From contig JBHGNT010000001.1 of the NCBI GenBank assembly GCA_043228905.1, positions 4,588,001-4,652,000 of the forward strand: a stretch of DNA of 64,000 nt, given 5' to 3'. Below the pieces are notes generated by a model, which searched no databases, was not told the DNA's origin, and saw only the letters and a list, made by a program, of their open reading frames with translations. Position numbers and translations under genes: made by a program. The stretch is from Azolla caroliniana. Lineage: Eukaryota; Plantae; Polypodiophyta. Positions 11,689-26,200 of this stretch are shown here, piece by piece; the stretch's first letter is position 1; every line of letters starts with the position of its first letter.

Positions 11689-13006
11689 CATTCAGTACAT
11701 AACATGACAAACTAAGTAACTTATTTTACAATTTCTCTTTTGAAGAACACGCAGTAGCTATTTTAATAAATGTATTCTGTTTCGGCACAATGTTGGGAAA
11801 CTTGTTAGTGGTCGACAAATTAGAGGTTTAGGGTCACACAGAAGAACCATTGATTGATGTAAAGAAACAAAAATAAAGGCATGCAATAAATAATTAGGGC
11901 CCTGCATAGACCAACTCATGGTTTTCAAACTCATGTAGAGACATGGAATAAGATAATAAGTACGTATTCGTGATAATGTGACTCTTAATCTACTTTGGAC
12001 TCCATTAAGCTCTCAAATATTTTATTTCCTCCCAATCCATCCATTGGATGATGCGTGCTTTTTTCCTCACTACGTGCAAGACCACTTTAAAGATGCCCCA
12101 ACATCCCCCTGTAAGAGCTTCCTAATGATTGCACTGCTTTTCATAACTATGATCTTGCAAAGCAAGAATCCTTGTGGGCATGTTATAGTTACCATCCTGT
12201 CAGATCAACTTTTCAATTGGTGGGTGTGCATTATCCACAACACAAAAGCATTCTTACATGGTTTTCCCTCTATCCAATTGCTCATAGATTGGGCCCATCT
12301 ATTGGAGGGAAAAGAGTAGAACTTCCAACACTAGTATTGTTTGGTCTACTTCCAGTACTACTACTGATTTCGTGTACATGCAAATTAGAATGTTGCAGCT
12401 AGAACACTCTAGGGCTCCATATCAATTTAGCATACAGTGCAATTTAGAACATGGAAGTTAAATGGGAGCACGATGAACATATTGACAGAAAAGAAATCAA
12501 CAGCTGTGGCAAAATATGCACTCACATGATGCTTTTTTTTTATCAAACTTGAGACCCTCTAGTAATTCACTTTTCTTGGAGCAAAATAGATTGATAACAA
12601 AGCTTTCATGATCCGACGAGCCAAACCACTAAGAACAAATGACAAGGGAAAATGTACCAAGAAAGTAAATATTGCTCATTACCTCTTTGTATACAGACAC
12701 TCTCACTCCTTTATTTGCCTACATGTAAAACCTCTATTCATTGATCACCCATTATATTACACCTTAGAAACTCTCACTCACTCTACAACACTTCCTCCAA
12801 ACAGCCCTTGATGAACGCATTTACAAAGAAAGGTAAACGCGTGATCTTTCCAAGGGCTACTACAAATCCTCCTGATGTTACCTCTAGAGCTATGGACAAT
12901 ATAGCACCGATATGATCTTAGCCCAAGTAGAATAGATAGTAGACTACCATGGCGTTCCTTAATGGTATTTTTTTCTGGGTGCATTTTATACACCATTTTC
13001 TTCTAT

Positions 13007-14339
13007 TCACCGTCCGCACAAGCCAAGAGAAGCTTCGGGATGGTAGTGAAGCATCTCGTTCCAGACCTTCTCCCTCAAGTCGTGTTCGCTGAGATCCTCA
13101 TCCTCAAAATTGGAAGTAAAAGGCAATGGAGCAACAGGTTCGAGATTTTCATCATGAAGCATGGCGAGGTAAGGGTGTTCCAGGGCCTCAGAAACACTAA
13201 TTCTTTTCCTTGGATTAAACACAAGCATCTTGTCGATAAGATCGATAGCAAGAGGGTTTGCACTTGGGTAAACCATCCGGAGAGACACACGTGGAGCAAA
13301 GGGCTGAGAGTGAATGAAGTTCCTGGCCGTCTCATTAGGGATAAAATGTAGATCATCCTCGGACGGGGTCCCAATTGTAGATAATATAAGCTTTAATTGG
13401 TGAAGATAATCTTTCCCCGGGAAGATGGGCTTACGGCCCAACATCTCAGCAAAGATGCAACCAACTGACCATACATCAATGGCACTATCGTATTCATCAC
13501 AAGAGAGTAGAAGCTCTGGAGCTCTATACCATCGGGTCACAACATATTCAGTCATAAATTGTCCCTTCTCAGGGCCTGTTCGTGCCAGCCCAAAATCGCA
13601 TATCTTGAGATCACAGTTGGCATTTAGGAGGAGATTGCTAGGCTTTAAATCCCTATGTAGAACATTCGCAGAGTGCAAGTATTTCAACCCTCGAAGCAAC
13701 TGCACAGAGATTCAAGAAACAACCACCATTTACATAATTAATATTATGCAGAGCAGGGACATAAACACAGACCACATGCATTTAGGGTCAGATGTAGATA
13801 TATAGTAACAAAGAAAAACTCACAATTCCTTCCAGTACCAATGGTGATGAATATATTAGGATTATGAAGGAAATTGAAACTAATTGCACAGGTAAAGCCA
13901 TTTTTCCTTCAGATTTTACCTGATAAATAAGGTATTGGTAATGGTCATCATTGAGGAGCTGAGAGGAGCGGATGATCTGGTGCAAATCCGTATCCATGAG
14001 TTCATAGACAACATAGAGATCTTTGAAGGCTGACTTGGATGTGGGCAGCATGATGTCTTTCACCGAGACGATGTTCTCGTGGAAGAGGTGGCGGAGGAGG
14101 TTGATCTCTCGCAATGTCCGGCGGGCATCGGTCGTGTTCTCGAATACGTTGGTGATGCGTTTGATGGCCACCTTGGTGCCGGCCAGGAGGTCTCGGGCAG
14201 AGCAGACGATGCCATAAGCACCCTTCCCAATGGGCTTGATTGGAAGGTAGCGTGTGTCCACCTCGAACACTGTCCGCCACATCACGAACCGGTGCTTCCC
14301 GGCAGGCGGTGGCGGAGCCTCAATCTTCGTCGCAGCCAT
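13007..14339 (-). CDS. MAP kinase, plant group C (MPK1/2/7/14-like), about 370 aa; exons 14339-13920 and 13699-13007
   Basis: [28 protein letters not shown] activation motif and [15 protein letters not shown] intron (13919-13700) joins YLIYQ|LLRGLKY in frame. N-terminal '[12 protein letters not shown]' is typical of group C. Confidence 0.95.
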
Positions 14340-14625
14340 CTCTCTCTCTTCTTCCCTCTCTCTCTCTCTCTCTCTGCTTAGTGTAACTTCTATTTATTTC
14401 TTCTGTTTCTTTCCTTCTTCTCCTTGCTTCTCCACTCTCTTTCTCTCTCTGTCCCTCTTCTCCCCCTCCCTCCCTCTGCCTCTTCTTCTCCTTCTTCCTC
14501 TTCCTTTTCCTCTTCCTCTTCCTCTTCCTCCTCTCTCGTTCTTCTTCCCTCTTCCAATTGAACTCTTCTCCTTCCTTCTCGCTCTTTATCACTTCTTCCT
14601 CCACTACTCTAGTTTCTTCTCTCCT
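14340..14625. repeat. CT-rich low-complexity tract in the MAPK 5' leader/promoter
   Basis: Long polypyrimidine tract on the + strand (polypurine on the sense strand). Confidence 0.85.
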
Positions 14626-14676
14626 CCGTTTTTGGAGATCGCTACTATTCCCACTCTGCTGAATGCACCGAGGATT

Positions 14677-14685
<9 letters not shown>

Positions 14686-14723
<38 letters not shown>

Positions 14724-14744
14724 TGTGTGTGTGTGTGTGTGTGT
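14686..14744. repeat. Compound (GA)n(GT)n microsatellite
   Basis: Directly visible. Confidence 0.95.
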
Positions 14745-14872
14745 ACCCGCGCGTTTTGTTTGTGTCTGTCTCTGTTCTTCTTCTCCTTCTTCTTCTCCAC
14801 ACAACTTGCACCCCCAAATTGCTCTATGAAATTGCCTCACACTCTAATATACATTATATTTGCTAATCAATT

Positions 14873-14928
14873 ATACATACATGCATACATACATACATAC
14901 ATACATACATACATACATACATACATAC
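14873..14928. repeat. (ATAC)n tetranucleotide microsatellite
   Basis: Directly visible, one interruption. Confidence 0.95.
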
Positions 14929-17900
14929 AACTTTACTAGGAGCTATGGTTACAACTTACAACTTACCCACTCTTCTTTTCCATTTAGCCTTCAATGACCA
15001 ATCCTCCTCTCCTATTTCACATTACTAAACAAACACTCTCGCCATTCCGGTTGGTGAGCTACATCTATTGTTGCTCCGTCCGCATGTGATGTGACCACTT
15101 ATGACCATCTCCAATGTCTCTCTTCACACGAATCTTCGTCACATCTACTTGCTCGCTCCCCCCCACACACACTCAACACACACACATAATTGTGTGAGTG
15201 AACCCTACTAATTGGCAAATGAGACGCTCCTTGCGTTGGCTCACATGCATCTATCTGCCTTTTCGTAGTGGGCAGATCATCTATCTCCAAAGTAGATACG
15301 TTTGTGTTTTGAAATTATGTGTGGGTTGATGTTCCATTCGTTTTGACTTGTATCCATCCATAGGAAGAACATTGTCTATTTTATTTGACTTTGATCAACA
15401 TGCATGTGGGACATGGTCCATCAGTTTTCAAAATTGTCTCATGGGGGTAGGATATTTGGCTTCAACTTCGATCTCGTGTAAGTGGGCTATGGTTATGTTC
15501 ATTCAACTTTAATTTTGTCAAACGTAAAGATGATCGATATGGTACATTTTTGTGTCAAATCTATTAGATGCAAGTGGAATATGGTTTGGAATATTTTTTG
15601 TTGCAAGTGGAATATGTTGCATTCATCTTGTATTTGTAATCGGGATATGTTTCACTTGCTTTTGAGTGGGTTGTGCTCCATTCCATCTCATTTTTTCTAT
15701 TGCAAGTACAATGTGGTTCCATAGGTTTGAATTCAGCGTAGAGGAAATGGGATAAGTATTTGAGTTGTGGGCATAATCACATCAAAACCATACATGTTTA
15801 TTAGTGTGCATTGAATCTATTCCAATAGGGTTTTAAGTTTTTGTGTATGCTTTTCCATACTTTTTGGTGTATCCATTGGATATGTGTGTGTCTCTTTACT
15901 AACTACCAATAATAATCGTTGGACATATGCGTGTTTGGTTTTTTGAACATCTGATTATAAACATTACATGTTTCCGCAAATTGGATGTGTTTGTACTATT
16001 ACCTTGTCTTTGTGCGTCCTTTATCTCGTACTATACCGTGGAGACTTCCAACAATACTTGTCCAAATGTTTTCTCGATAAGAGTCATTATAAGCATGTAA
16101 AAGGTGGATGTGTTTGTACTACTACGATTTTGTCCTTTATCCTCAATTGTTCAGTGGACTTTCTGACAATAAGTGTATTTTTCTTTGCTTTTCTTGGTTC
16201 AATGTATCGTGTTGTTGAAATACGTTTATGGGTAGAAAAGGTACATTAGAACCCATAAAAAAGCCACATGACATCATCACATGCACTTTGGTAGTGATAT
16301 TGCTCATCGACTTAAAAAGACATATTTTTTTAAATCGTTGTTATTTGACACCAATACTACCCATGCCATGTTCCAATAATGTAATCACGATTTGCATGCA
16401 TGGTCTCCATCCTCGTGACATCCCTCTTTGGCATTGCATTGTGATTATATCAATATCCATGGCAATAGTGGGCAACAAAGTGCATATATACATTAGTATA
16501 AAAACCACCCCTTACATTGAAATAAGGTAGTCAAAGCTAAATATCTATTTGTAGCATTTAGGTAAACCAAACAGTTTATTAAAATATGAGGGGTGGGTTT
16601 TATAGCGTGTATATGTGCACCCTAGTGTCATTGAGTCATGTGAGTGCGCATGGATGTTGGGCTCCTTCCATGGGAGATAAGAATAACTGTTGCAAGAGAG
16701 GGAAATAATATTTAGCTATTTTTTATATATTCCTGTAGCTTTGAAAAGTTTACAAAAGTGTGTAATAAATTGAAGTTCCTCAAAAGATCATACCTTTATA
16801 TGCAAGATACAAGACTATTGAATCAAGTTTCTTTAACAAGGTTCAACATATCTTCCTAATGTGGCCAATATGAGGATTTGGGATCATCATCGATTGCATT
16901 ATACTTCAACATATTAAGCATTTACCCCTTGATTCTATGCAATTGTTAATGCCTCAAAGTTTCTTAACGTAAACCTAAACCAACGTTAATGCACGCCTAA
17001 TCACTACACAAATTACAAATAAGTTTGTCTTAATTAAGTAGATATTTATTAGATAAGAAATATGTAAGGTGTCTCAATAAACTAGATAGTTGTTAACTAA
17101 AAATATGTAAATCTCTATTAATTAGTGTAGAAAACTACATGGAGGAAAGCGATTCTTAGTGGATGCAAAAGGGAGAGAATGAGAACCAAAAGGTGGCTCC
17201 AAAGTTGGGGCACCCAAAGGTCCTTTTTACCTGAGAACTCTTGTCGTTTTATACAAGTTGACAACCCTAAAGGGTTCCTTTCATATTAATTCTTATTAGG
17301 TATTAACCGTCGCCAACTAATAAAGGGTGTCCCCACAAATTACAATATAACCATGTTTCTTATGGCCTATGACCAATATTCTAGATTGGCCACACACATT
17401 TGTTAACAACTATTTTTTTGCATTGTTTATATTAATAACTATAGATGCAGGTTAAGTGGTGATAATGCAATGATGAGAAAGGATGAAAAGTAGGTTTAAC
17501 TACAGGAAATACTTGGCAATAACACATTTTTAATTGGAGGATGTGTTTGTATGCAACAATATAGAATTGTGTGTGTGTCTAATATGGAAGGTATCCACTT
17601 CCTTCCATGTAAAGGTGTCTTCTATTATGTAAGTAAATGCCACAATTTAAGAGTGTGCCTCAAGGAGGTGTTTGTTATTGAGCTTGTTATCATAACATGG
17701 GCATTGACAAGATGGCCAAAACAAGCTTTTTTGAGGGTGTGAGGTGGGAAAGGAGGACGAGGGCAAGTTGGGTGATTAACCTCAAGTTTGACATGTAGAA
17801 ATCCAATCAAGGAGGGTGAGGATTGGGTTGGGCATGGGAGTATGGCATAACAATGCATTGAGGGTAGTGCACAATTTTGGATATTCAAACGAGGCAAAGA

Positions 17901-18739
17901 AATAGCTAAAATGAAGTAGGTAGTATGAATTATTGTTATGAGGTGACCTATAATATTGAAGTGTGAAGTGGATACAATATTACATCCAATAGAATATTCC
18001 CGCCTCCATCGAAGTACTCGTTCATCTGCTTACGTGATCAAGGAGTGTACAACATTCCCACCTTACCTCATCAAATGTTTGGGAATGTCACTCACCGCTT
18101 ACCCCTCATTACATTCACACAACCTTCATTGCATCATCGTCTCGGCCCTTCAGAACCCACCTCACCTCAACCACACTTCAATTGCCCGCATTGCCTGCCA
18201 CCCCTCACTAGCGCATGATTGCACGAGGCTCACTTCTCTACCCTCGAAAGGTGATGGGGCCCAACTCATTAACGTCCTCTCCACGAAGCCATTTCATATC
18301 GTATGCACACACACACAACGCAACACAAACTCTTCATCCCCATCATAGTTGGACATCGTCAATAGCAAGGTAGTATGCTTGCTTCAAATTGACCAAATTA
18401 TAACAAGTTTTTGTGGACCTATTTAGAGCATAAGATGTTTTAGATGAAGCAACGAGTAGGATTGGGCGTGGTGGGTGGCACTTGGTAATCACCTAGATAA
18501 CCATTGTGTGCCCGCCATCCCATGGCAACTCAACCTTAACAACACACTCCTCCAAGTCCTAGAATGCCTCATTGGGTACTACCCACAAATTGGGGCTTAA
18601 TATTATATTGACATCCTTCTCTAAACCCAAGTTGATGTCGATAAACTTCATGCATGGTCCAAATCTAAGATGAGCCCCTCTTGATGACGGCATCAAGAAG
18701 TCTCATACTAAATCGTGGAACCAATCAATGCCTTTGTGG

Positions 18740-19260
18740 TGACTTACCTTGCTTTGATTAACTTGATTATTGACATGCATCACCGCACACCCCTTGTCAC
18801 TTCACGCCAAACCCACCTTCATCATGTCCTCCAACTCTTATAGATCCTCCTTAGTGACCGCTACCTTAAAGGTACTCATCATAAAATGTGATCATTCTTG
18901 TTGGGCATGATCTTTGACCTTAGTATGAACCCATACAATATTAAATTGCAACCCTCTTGTTTCATGCTCAAATCCCCCCCATCGATATATCTGCATGACT
19001 CAAAAATCATCCTTAATAGTGGCTACGTATGTCCTTATGATTATTTTGGGTGACATCCATTGTCGCTCACCTCCTACATTGCTACTTATCAATTGTAGGT
19101 CAACAATGCCTTAGATTTCTTATGGTGAATCACGTTTTTATAGAAGGAATTAATATTCCCTCTTCGTTGATCTCCATGCCCATCCACTCCACTTCTTAGA
19201 ACTTCATCTTCGTGTGAATATCCTTATCATATTCCTTGCTCCTCTAGTCGCCTTGCCCCA
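18740..19260 (+). mobile_element. Possible highly decayed gypsy aspartic protease region
   Basis: LIIDM..., then LKVLIIKCDH/FLLGMIF (similar to DxILGMDWL) and YPYHIP (similar to RPYRxP), in the expected order but frameshifted. Confidence 0.25.
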
Positions 19261-20210
19261 AAACCTCCCTTATGGGAAGCCTACCAACGACATGGACTAC
19301 CTCATTTTCCCTTGGTGTAGTGTAGCCAAGAGTGTGCATTCCTCAGGTCGTGGGGATGTTAAATAATGGTTTTACATGTATTCCCATACTCTCAAATGAC
19401 ATGGCTCTTGACATTGGAACCCAAACAATTGTGACACAAGAGAAGGTGGACAAGAGAGTATAGGAGAAAGAAACCTCGAGAAGTAGTCAAGATGCTAAAA
19501 AAAGAACATTAATTATGAGATTTTGACATTTTCTTCTTTCCTTTCGCTTTTAGAGATAGGGATTTTTGTTCCTCTTTGTCATCAAGCTTTGATCTTGTAA
19601 TGCAACCTAGTGCTCAAGAACAATAAATTTAATGGCTTAAGCTCTACCTTATTGCAACAACATGGTCAACCTAACCAAATGTGTTTGGCAATAGAGTAGT
19701 ATACTTGCATGAAATATCGTGATAATGCTAGTTAAGCGATTAGTAGCATGCACTATGTATGTTGACTCATTATTTAAGTCTCATTTATTTATTGAGGGCG
19801 AAGAGTTAAGGCGGGTTTAGGATTAGACTTTGCCTAGTGAGCAATCTACTCCATCAGTGCACTCGAGGGCGATTGTCACTCCCGTTTGTCAGATTCTTCA
19901 TCGAGAGGGTATTAAATCCACAGAAAACTCGACATAAATGATCGAGGGTAACATTCCAATTGTTAGTCAAGCCCTAAACAACGAACTTATTTTCGTAACA
20001 AGAAAGGAACCAAAATCCGGATTGACAATGATGGATTCAAATTCCCATATGTGCACTTACCCCATGTAATAGACGCCTATCCTAGAGCCAATTCAAATAA
20101 TGTCTACAAAAAACAAGTCATGGAATGGAACATATCAATAAAAACTCTTCTAATCCCCCCCACCCCTCTTTCATTTTTCGGAAAATCTTTGCCTTCTGCT
20201 CTCGAAGAAG

Positions 20211-23200
20211 ATGAAAGAAGACAGCGTGAGATCGTGGCGTCTCTCCTTCTCGTCTCTGCGCCGAGCTTCTGTTTCTGTGTCTTCTTCTCCTTCTTCAGCG
20301 ATCGAAGATCTTCTCTCGCAGAGCAAAACTCTTGTGATGGCTTCATCTCATGTCCCTCCTGAAGAGGTATTGGGAACATGAACTCACAATTTCTCATTAG
20401 AGAAAATGCAGGAATATCAGATCAACAAGTTTTTGTCGCATGTGCAGTGATGTATGAAGGAACCTTTCCAAAATATTTCATTTTGATTGCAATATTATAA
20501 AGAGGACAGAAATCAAGAAAGAAAGATATGCATTAACATCTCGAAAAGACGTAGAAAACCTGATACAGATTAAAAATGTTGATGTTAACATGCCAATTCC
20601 ATTATCAAAGAAATATCAAATCTTTTAAAAGGAGAAGTTTTGAATTTTGTGAAGAAAAAGTTAGAAAATTGAGAAAGAAAAGCTTGAATTCTGCTCATAA
20701 AGAGGTTGAATTTTGTGAAGCCGTTGAGAGGATATATGGTAGAAGATTTATACTCAATCAGGAATGAAGCGCTTGAATTTTGTAATGCCTTTCAGAGGAA
20801 AGAAGAGTTCGAATTTTGTAATGGAAGTTTCGTACTCAGGGAAGAAGAGTTTTGTAAAATGCCCTTTGAGAGGATCACAAGTTTGTAAATTTTGTTCAGC
20901 TGGAAGAGAAGAGTTTGAATTTGAATATTGTATAACCATTTAAGTGACGCTCTTGTTATTTCTTCAAGCTTCTTGTGAGGTTTTGTTCAAGATTAGCCAC
21001 TGCATTGCCAAATCCAGTCAAAGTTTTCAGTTCTAGAAGGGAGAAATCAGATTAACGGTAGTCTTGTCTGTTGGAAAGATCAATAAAAGGACTGCACAAC
21101 TAGCCGCTATCAATGGGAACACTTATTTTTCTTTTTGGGTTCCAGTTCCAAGAAACAATTGCCAATGTGTTTCCAGCATTCACAACAAGAGATATTTGGC
21201 TTATTTTCTAATCCCGTTCCCTTATATCCAGACATCTTTCCAATTTCCATGCAATGATACGTGGATAGGGATTTCTAAGCTGTAAATCCCTATTATGTGA
21301 CAGGAGAGGCTAGCATGATCACTTTACTGTTTAATGTTCATTAGGGTTGGTATAATCTTAGCTTGCATGCTGGAAAAATCTTACCATAGCAAACACATGT
21401 ACTCAACTTAACTTAAGACCATCGCAAAAATAATCTGTTTTTTGAACAGGTTGCAGCTGATATAATATTCCTTATGCAATTAGCTTCTTCACATCCAGAT
21501 TCATCTAGTGATAGCAACAATATGAAATCAAGTTGCGATAAAATCTGCTGCTTGGTAAGTTATGCGTTTCTATATCTGGAAAAAAGTTTTGTAAAATTAA
21601 CAATCAAAAGATGTATGCATGCACATTGCACCAGCATGCAAAGTGTATGTTTCCATTTAAATTTTTCCGGAACCAGATATGATGATATATGTTACCAGTA
21701 ACTTGCATATAAATTGTTCTGAGATCAAAACAGTTTAGTGTTCCATTTGCAGCAAACTTGATTTGATTCTAGGATTACCCTTAATATAAAGGATGATCCA
21801 CTTGAATGTTACCTCTCCAGATTATTTAATTATGCAATTGTACAGGCTACCTTTGGTCAAGAATTGGTCATTATGGAGAGTCAAGAGTTTGTCATTGTTG
21901 CCTTTAGAAGACATTTAGACATCATTATTATTTTTTTTTTTTAACGATTGGTCGTGATGGCCTTGTGCTTTAGTACAAGAGGCTGTCCCCCCTTTTGGAA
22001 CTTGTATGGAGAGGTGGATGGCTCATAGATGGGTCAGAAGAAAGAAAAAAAGAACAGAATATGTGTCTTTTAAGAAGGTCAAAATGACCTATCAGACTGA
22101 ACAAGAGATTACATGTTCAAATGTTGACTTGTCTTTGTGAACAACGAACCAAAACAAATATAACCAAGTGTAGGGTACTGAAGAATCTAGCTAGCTGCAA
22201 TTAAGATTCCGAACTTAGATAAACTGAAACTTTTGCCTTTGAAAGATCTCCAACAAAGGTCACCCAAAACAAGGAAAGCACCGTCAGTGATGGGTGATAA
22301 GGGCCTGAGTCCAAGGTTCAGATGCCCGTGGCCTACATGCAAGCATTTTATTTTCATCACATCCTGTTTTAAGTATGACCAGCGACTCATGGTTGCAACT
22401 TTCAAGTTCTATGTTCATTTTTGACAATTAGAAGTAGAGGCAGCCCTCCTATGGACTCATTTTTCTCAGAATGAATCATTTGAGGTAAAACACACACTTG
22501 AAACAGGATATGTGAAGGTGTTGCACCCAATGGGCATTGCAATTCATGGGTAGTGGTTTGTATATTGATCCTTAATTTATATACATTTTATTGTGATATT
22601 TTTCTACTGTATTGTTTCACACGCATAGGGGTCTATGTGTGTACTCCGAGAATTTATAGAGGATTTACATTGGGCATTTCATTTGATTTTTGTTGTATCA
22701 ATTTTCACCATTATTGCTTTTTGCTAGACCTTCCCTTCCAGGATCAAAGATGGTTGACATTTTTGTGATTTTATCTCATTTCTCTGCTTCATATAAAGAG
22801 AGGTGTAAAAGGTTTTATCAGTTGTTATCAAGAACTATGTTAAGAATATATAATTTTCGTGTCGCAGATTATGGATATTAGCTCTACTACGGATTTGCGT
22901 TCTGTACCAGCATATGGACCATCAGTTTTGCATTTCATTGAGATGCTTGTTCAAACTCATTTCGTCAAAGAAATGAATAAAGTAGCGCCACAGGCTTCTT
23001 ATGGCACTAAAGTGCAAAAACCTTCCTGGGATGCACTACAAGCTTTAGGGTAAAGGCTAAATAAGATGCCTTTTTTTTTATTCAACTCAATTAAGGTTTA
23101 TAATACCAACATTCATCCGTTCTTTCTTTGCAGGCAGATTATCCATAATTTTGGAGATCAGCTGCCCTGGCATGATGTTGTAAGGACATCTACTCTCCTA

Positions 23201-26200
23201 CTGAGCTTGATCAATGAAACAAAGTTTTGCAAAGCACATGGCCCAAATTTGAGCAACGATATTGGTGCCAGTTTGATTAATTACGATTTGGAAACACAAA
23301 GACTTATCTTTGTTGCACTAGCAAATCTACTGAATCAATCTGGAACCACATTTTCCAGTTCAACCTTTGTTGAAATACTTAAGGTGACCTATTCTTTCCA
23401 GTTCTTCAGATCTTTCCTTCCAACTGACATATTTTTATTTCTAACTTGTAATTGGAATTAACTTCTGTTCGTTCATGTGGGTGGGTATTTATAGTCATGG
23501 TAGATATCCAAGGTTGGATGGATAATTTGAATTACTGGTCTGTATGGCCTTAAACTTCACTGAGGTCTTCCAAATACTAGAAACAAAGTACTTCTGAAGT
23601 ATAACATAACTCATAAAGATAGTTAACTAACTCAACAGGCACTGGTTGTCCCTACTCAATTCTCAGAGTCTCATGATAACATTAGGGGAAATGGTCAACT
23701 ACAACTAGAGTGCAGTTGGGGGAGAAGATTCAGTCTGTTGGTTACAATTTAATGACCAGCAGTCACGTCTGTCATAAGACTTTTTGAGTCATAGCAAGCA
23801 TATAAAGATTGCATGAATGAAAGCTTGAATGAGCACAACACATTTAGCTGCAAGATATCCATACTGTCCACAAGGTTCAACAAAGGCATACCAAATTATG
23901 GAAGCATTTTAACATTCACAAATGCAAATGAACAATGTGCATTGGGAATGCACTACGGACATGTGGTGTCTCTAATTGAATACTGTAAATGCCTAATGTC
24001 TAATTGATTCGGAGGCTGCTCGAGTGACAAAATGTCTCTCCTGATGAATAGGGCTTTCTCTTGTGGAATGTAAGCAATATCTCTCACCATTATTGTTTCT
24101 TGGTGGTATTTCAGACACTAAAAGATTATTTGGAGCTAATTACAACCAGAGGTAGACTTGTAGAGGATTCAAAATCATCAAGGTATGTGCGACATCTTAA
24201 CTTCATTTATTTATTACTGGCCTAATTTTTAATGCTTGTTGGTCTTCACCTTTCATTGCATTTCCTTTTGTTTCAGGTTTTATGCCGAAGTGTTGCGGTG
24301 TCTCCAGCTTGTTCTCTTAAATATAAGTGGTCCAATCGGAGAATATGTATGATTCATTCATTGTGTTTCAGTTCGATCTTATGTTGTTAAAGATGTTTAA
24401 ATAATTCTATCTAGGAATTTGATTTATTAGAAATGGAATGTCACATAGGAGATTGACTGATTGGATTCCATGGATGTGTGCACTTTAGGGTTTTAATTTA
24501 CACTTGTAATCAGGAAATTTGTATTTGTTCGAAGATCTATCCTACATTTGACTGCTTGATTATTTATTATTTTGGGGTCATCTTGCGTCATTTTTCTTTT
24601 GTAAGCTTGAACTTTTAGTTTTGTTTTATTTTATAATTTTCTGGTATTTTTGTTTATTTCTTATTTGTCTCCCAGGTTGGGCCACTAGTTACATGTTTCC
24701 TCCCCTTCTGTGGTTATGGTTTGAATGTAACTGTACTTACAGCTTACAATACACAAACAAGTGAAATATCTGGTGAAGTTGAGAGTAAAGAAGTATCCAC
24801 TATGAAATCTGTATATAGACCACCTCATCTACGGAAAACACTGAACAAAATGTCAACTTGCAAGCTGCAAAATGGCGAAGGAACCAGACGAATTATCCAA
24901 TCAGATTCAGAACAGAGTGACAGTGATGGCTCCCCTGGAGATGGAGATAGGTTCAAGTGCTCAAAGGTTCGGGCATTGGCAGTCCTATGTATTCAAGTAA
25001 GGGAGTTTCTTCAGGTCTTATAGATTTTAAGATCTAGTGATGTACCATTGTGGTAAATTTGAAGGATTTATCATGTTAATGACTTAATTCTCAAACCATT
25101 TTGGTTTGTACTTTGAAGGCACTTGCTCGTTCAGATCCCAAATCTCTCCATGCATATTGGACAATTCTGTTTCCAACCAATGATATTCTAAGTAATAGGT
25201 ATTGATCTCTGGTGATGATTGTATGTCATAAAAAGATAAGTATTGTTGGTTTTACCTTGAGCATTATTACTGTCAGGCGCTCACAAAATTCTCTCCTAAA
25301 GACCTTGATATTTGATCCCATTTTGAAGGTATTTACATTCTTTCATATGATCATCATTGGAGCATAGTAAACATGCAATTTTTTAGCTCTTTATTTTTTG
25401 GAGTTCAGGTTCGCATAGCTGCTGCAGCCACTATGTCTTTAATGCTGGAGGGCCCTTCCCGAGCTTTTATGCAGATTGCAGAATATAGAGACTCTAGAAA
25501 GTTTGGCTCTTTTATGACTCTGTCTTATTCTTTGGGTCAAGTTTTGTTGCAAATTCAAAGAGGTAATTGCTGAGACTATGTCAATTAATATGTGGAGGAA
25601 GTTTTTTCTGTCTCTCTCAAGCAGTTGTTGTTTTCCCCAGGACTTACTCACCTGACATTAAATGAATCTAACATGGGGCTTCTTGTGGCCATCTTGAAAG
25701 GCTTTTCTCTATTTATAGGAGCTGCACCGTATGTTCCATTTTCCATATTTGTGCTCATAACTATTTAGAATAAAATACAACAAGATTCTGAAGTTTATTT
25801 TCTATAAATTAATTAGGTTCTCACGCCTTCCATCTTGTATGCTTCCTGACATAATTCAAGCTCTTCAGAAAAGGTTGAAGGGTCTGCTTTCTTCTACAGG
25901 AGATCAAGCAAGTGCTGCTGTAAGTAGTGTGGATTTTCTAGATGGACAAATTAAGCGATTAAATTAAATATATGGTGTCAAAATTTTCATATTGCTGCAG
26001 TGCATGGCTCTTAACTGTATAGGATGTACATTAAGCACTGTTCCCCCATCAGAGCAAGTCATGGCACTGCTTGTAAAGGATATAGCAGGTGAGGTGTATG
26101 ATCACTGCTCAATCACCAGTGATGGAAACTTTATTACTCAAAATTTGGTGTACTTATGATTAAATTAATATGAGCTTAAATTGTTTTGTCATTTTGATAT

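Noticed and set aside
11978-12402. Short ORFs, or a LINE zinc-finger remnant on the minus strand, between the tRNA and MAPK
   Set aside because: Only a faint motif (NAFVLWI), with no supporting structure.
14254-14939. ORFs of 191, 165, 67 and 72 aa near the MAPK start
   Set aside because: They are translations of microsatellite and low-complexity DNA.
17551-18348. ORFs of 63-130 aa in the MAPK-HEATR6 intergenic region
   Set aside because: No domains or convincing exon structure; probably decayed repeat DNA.
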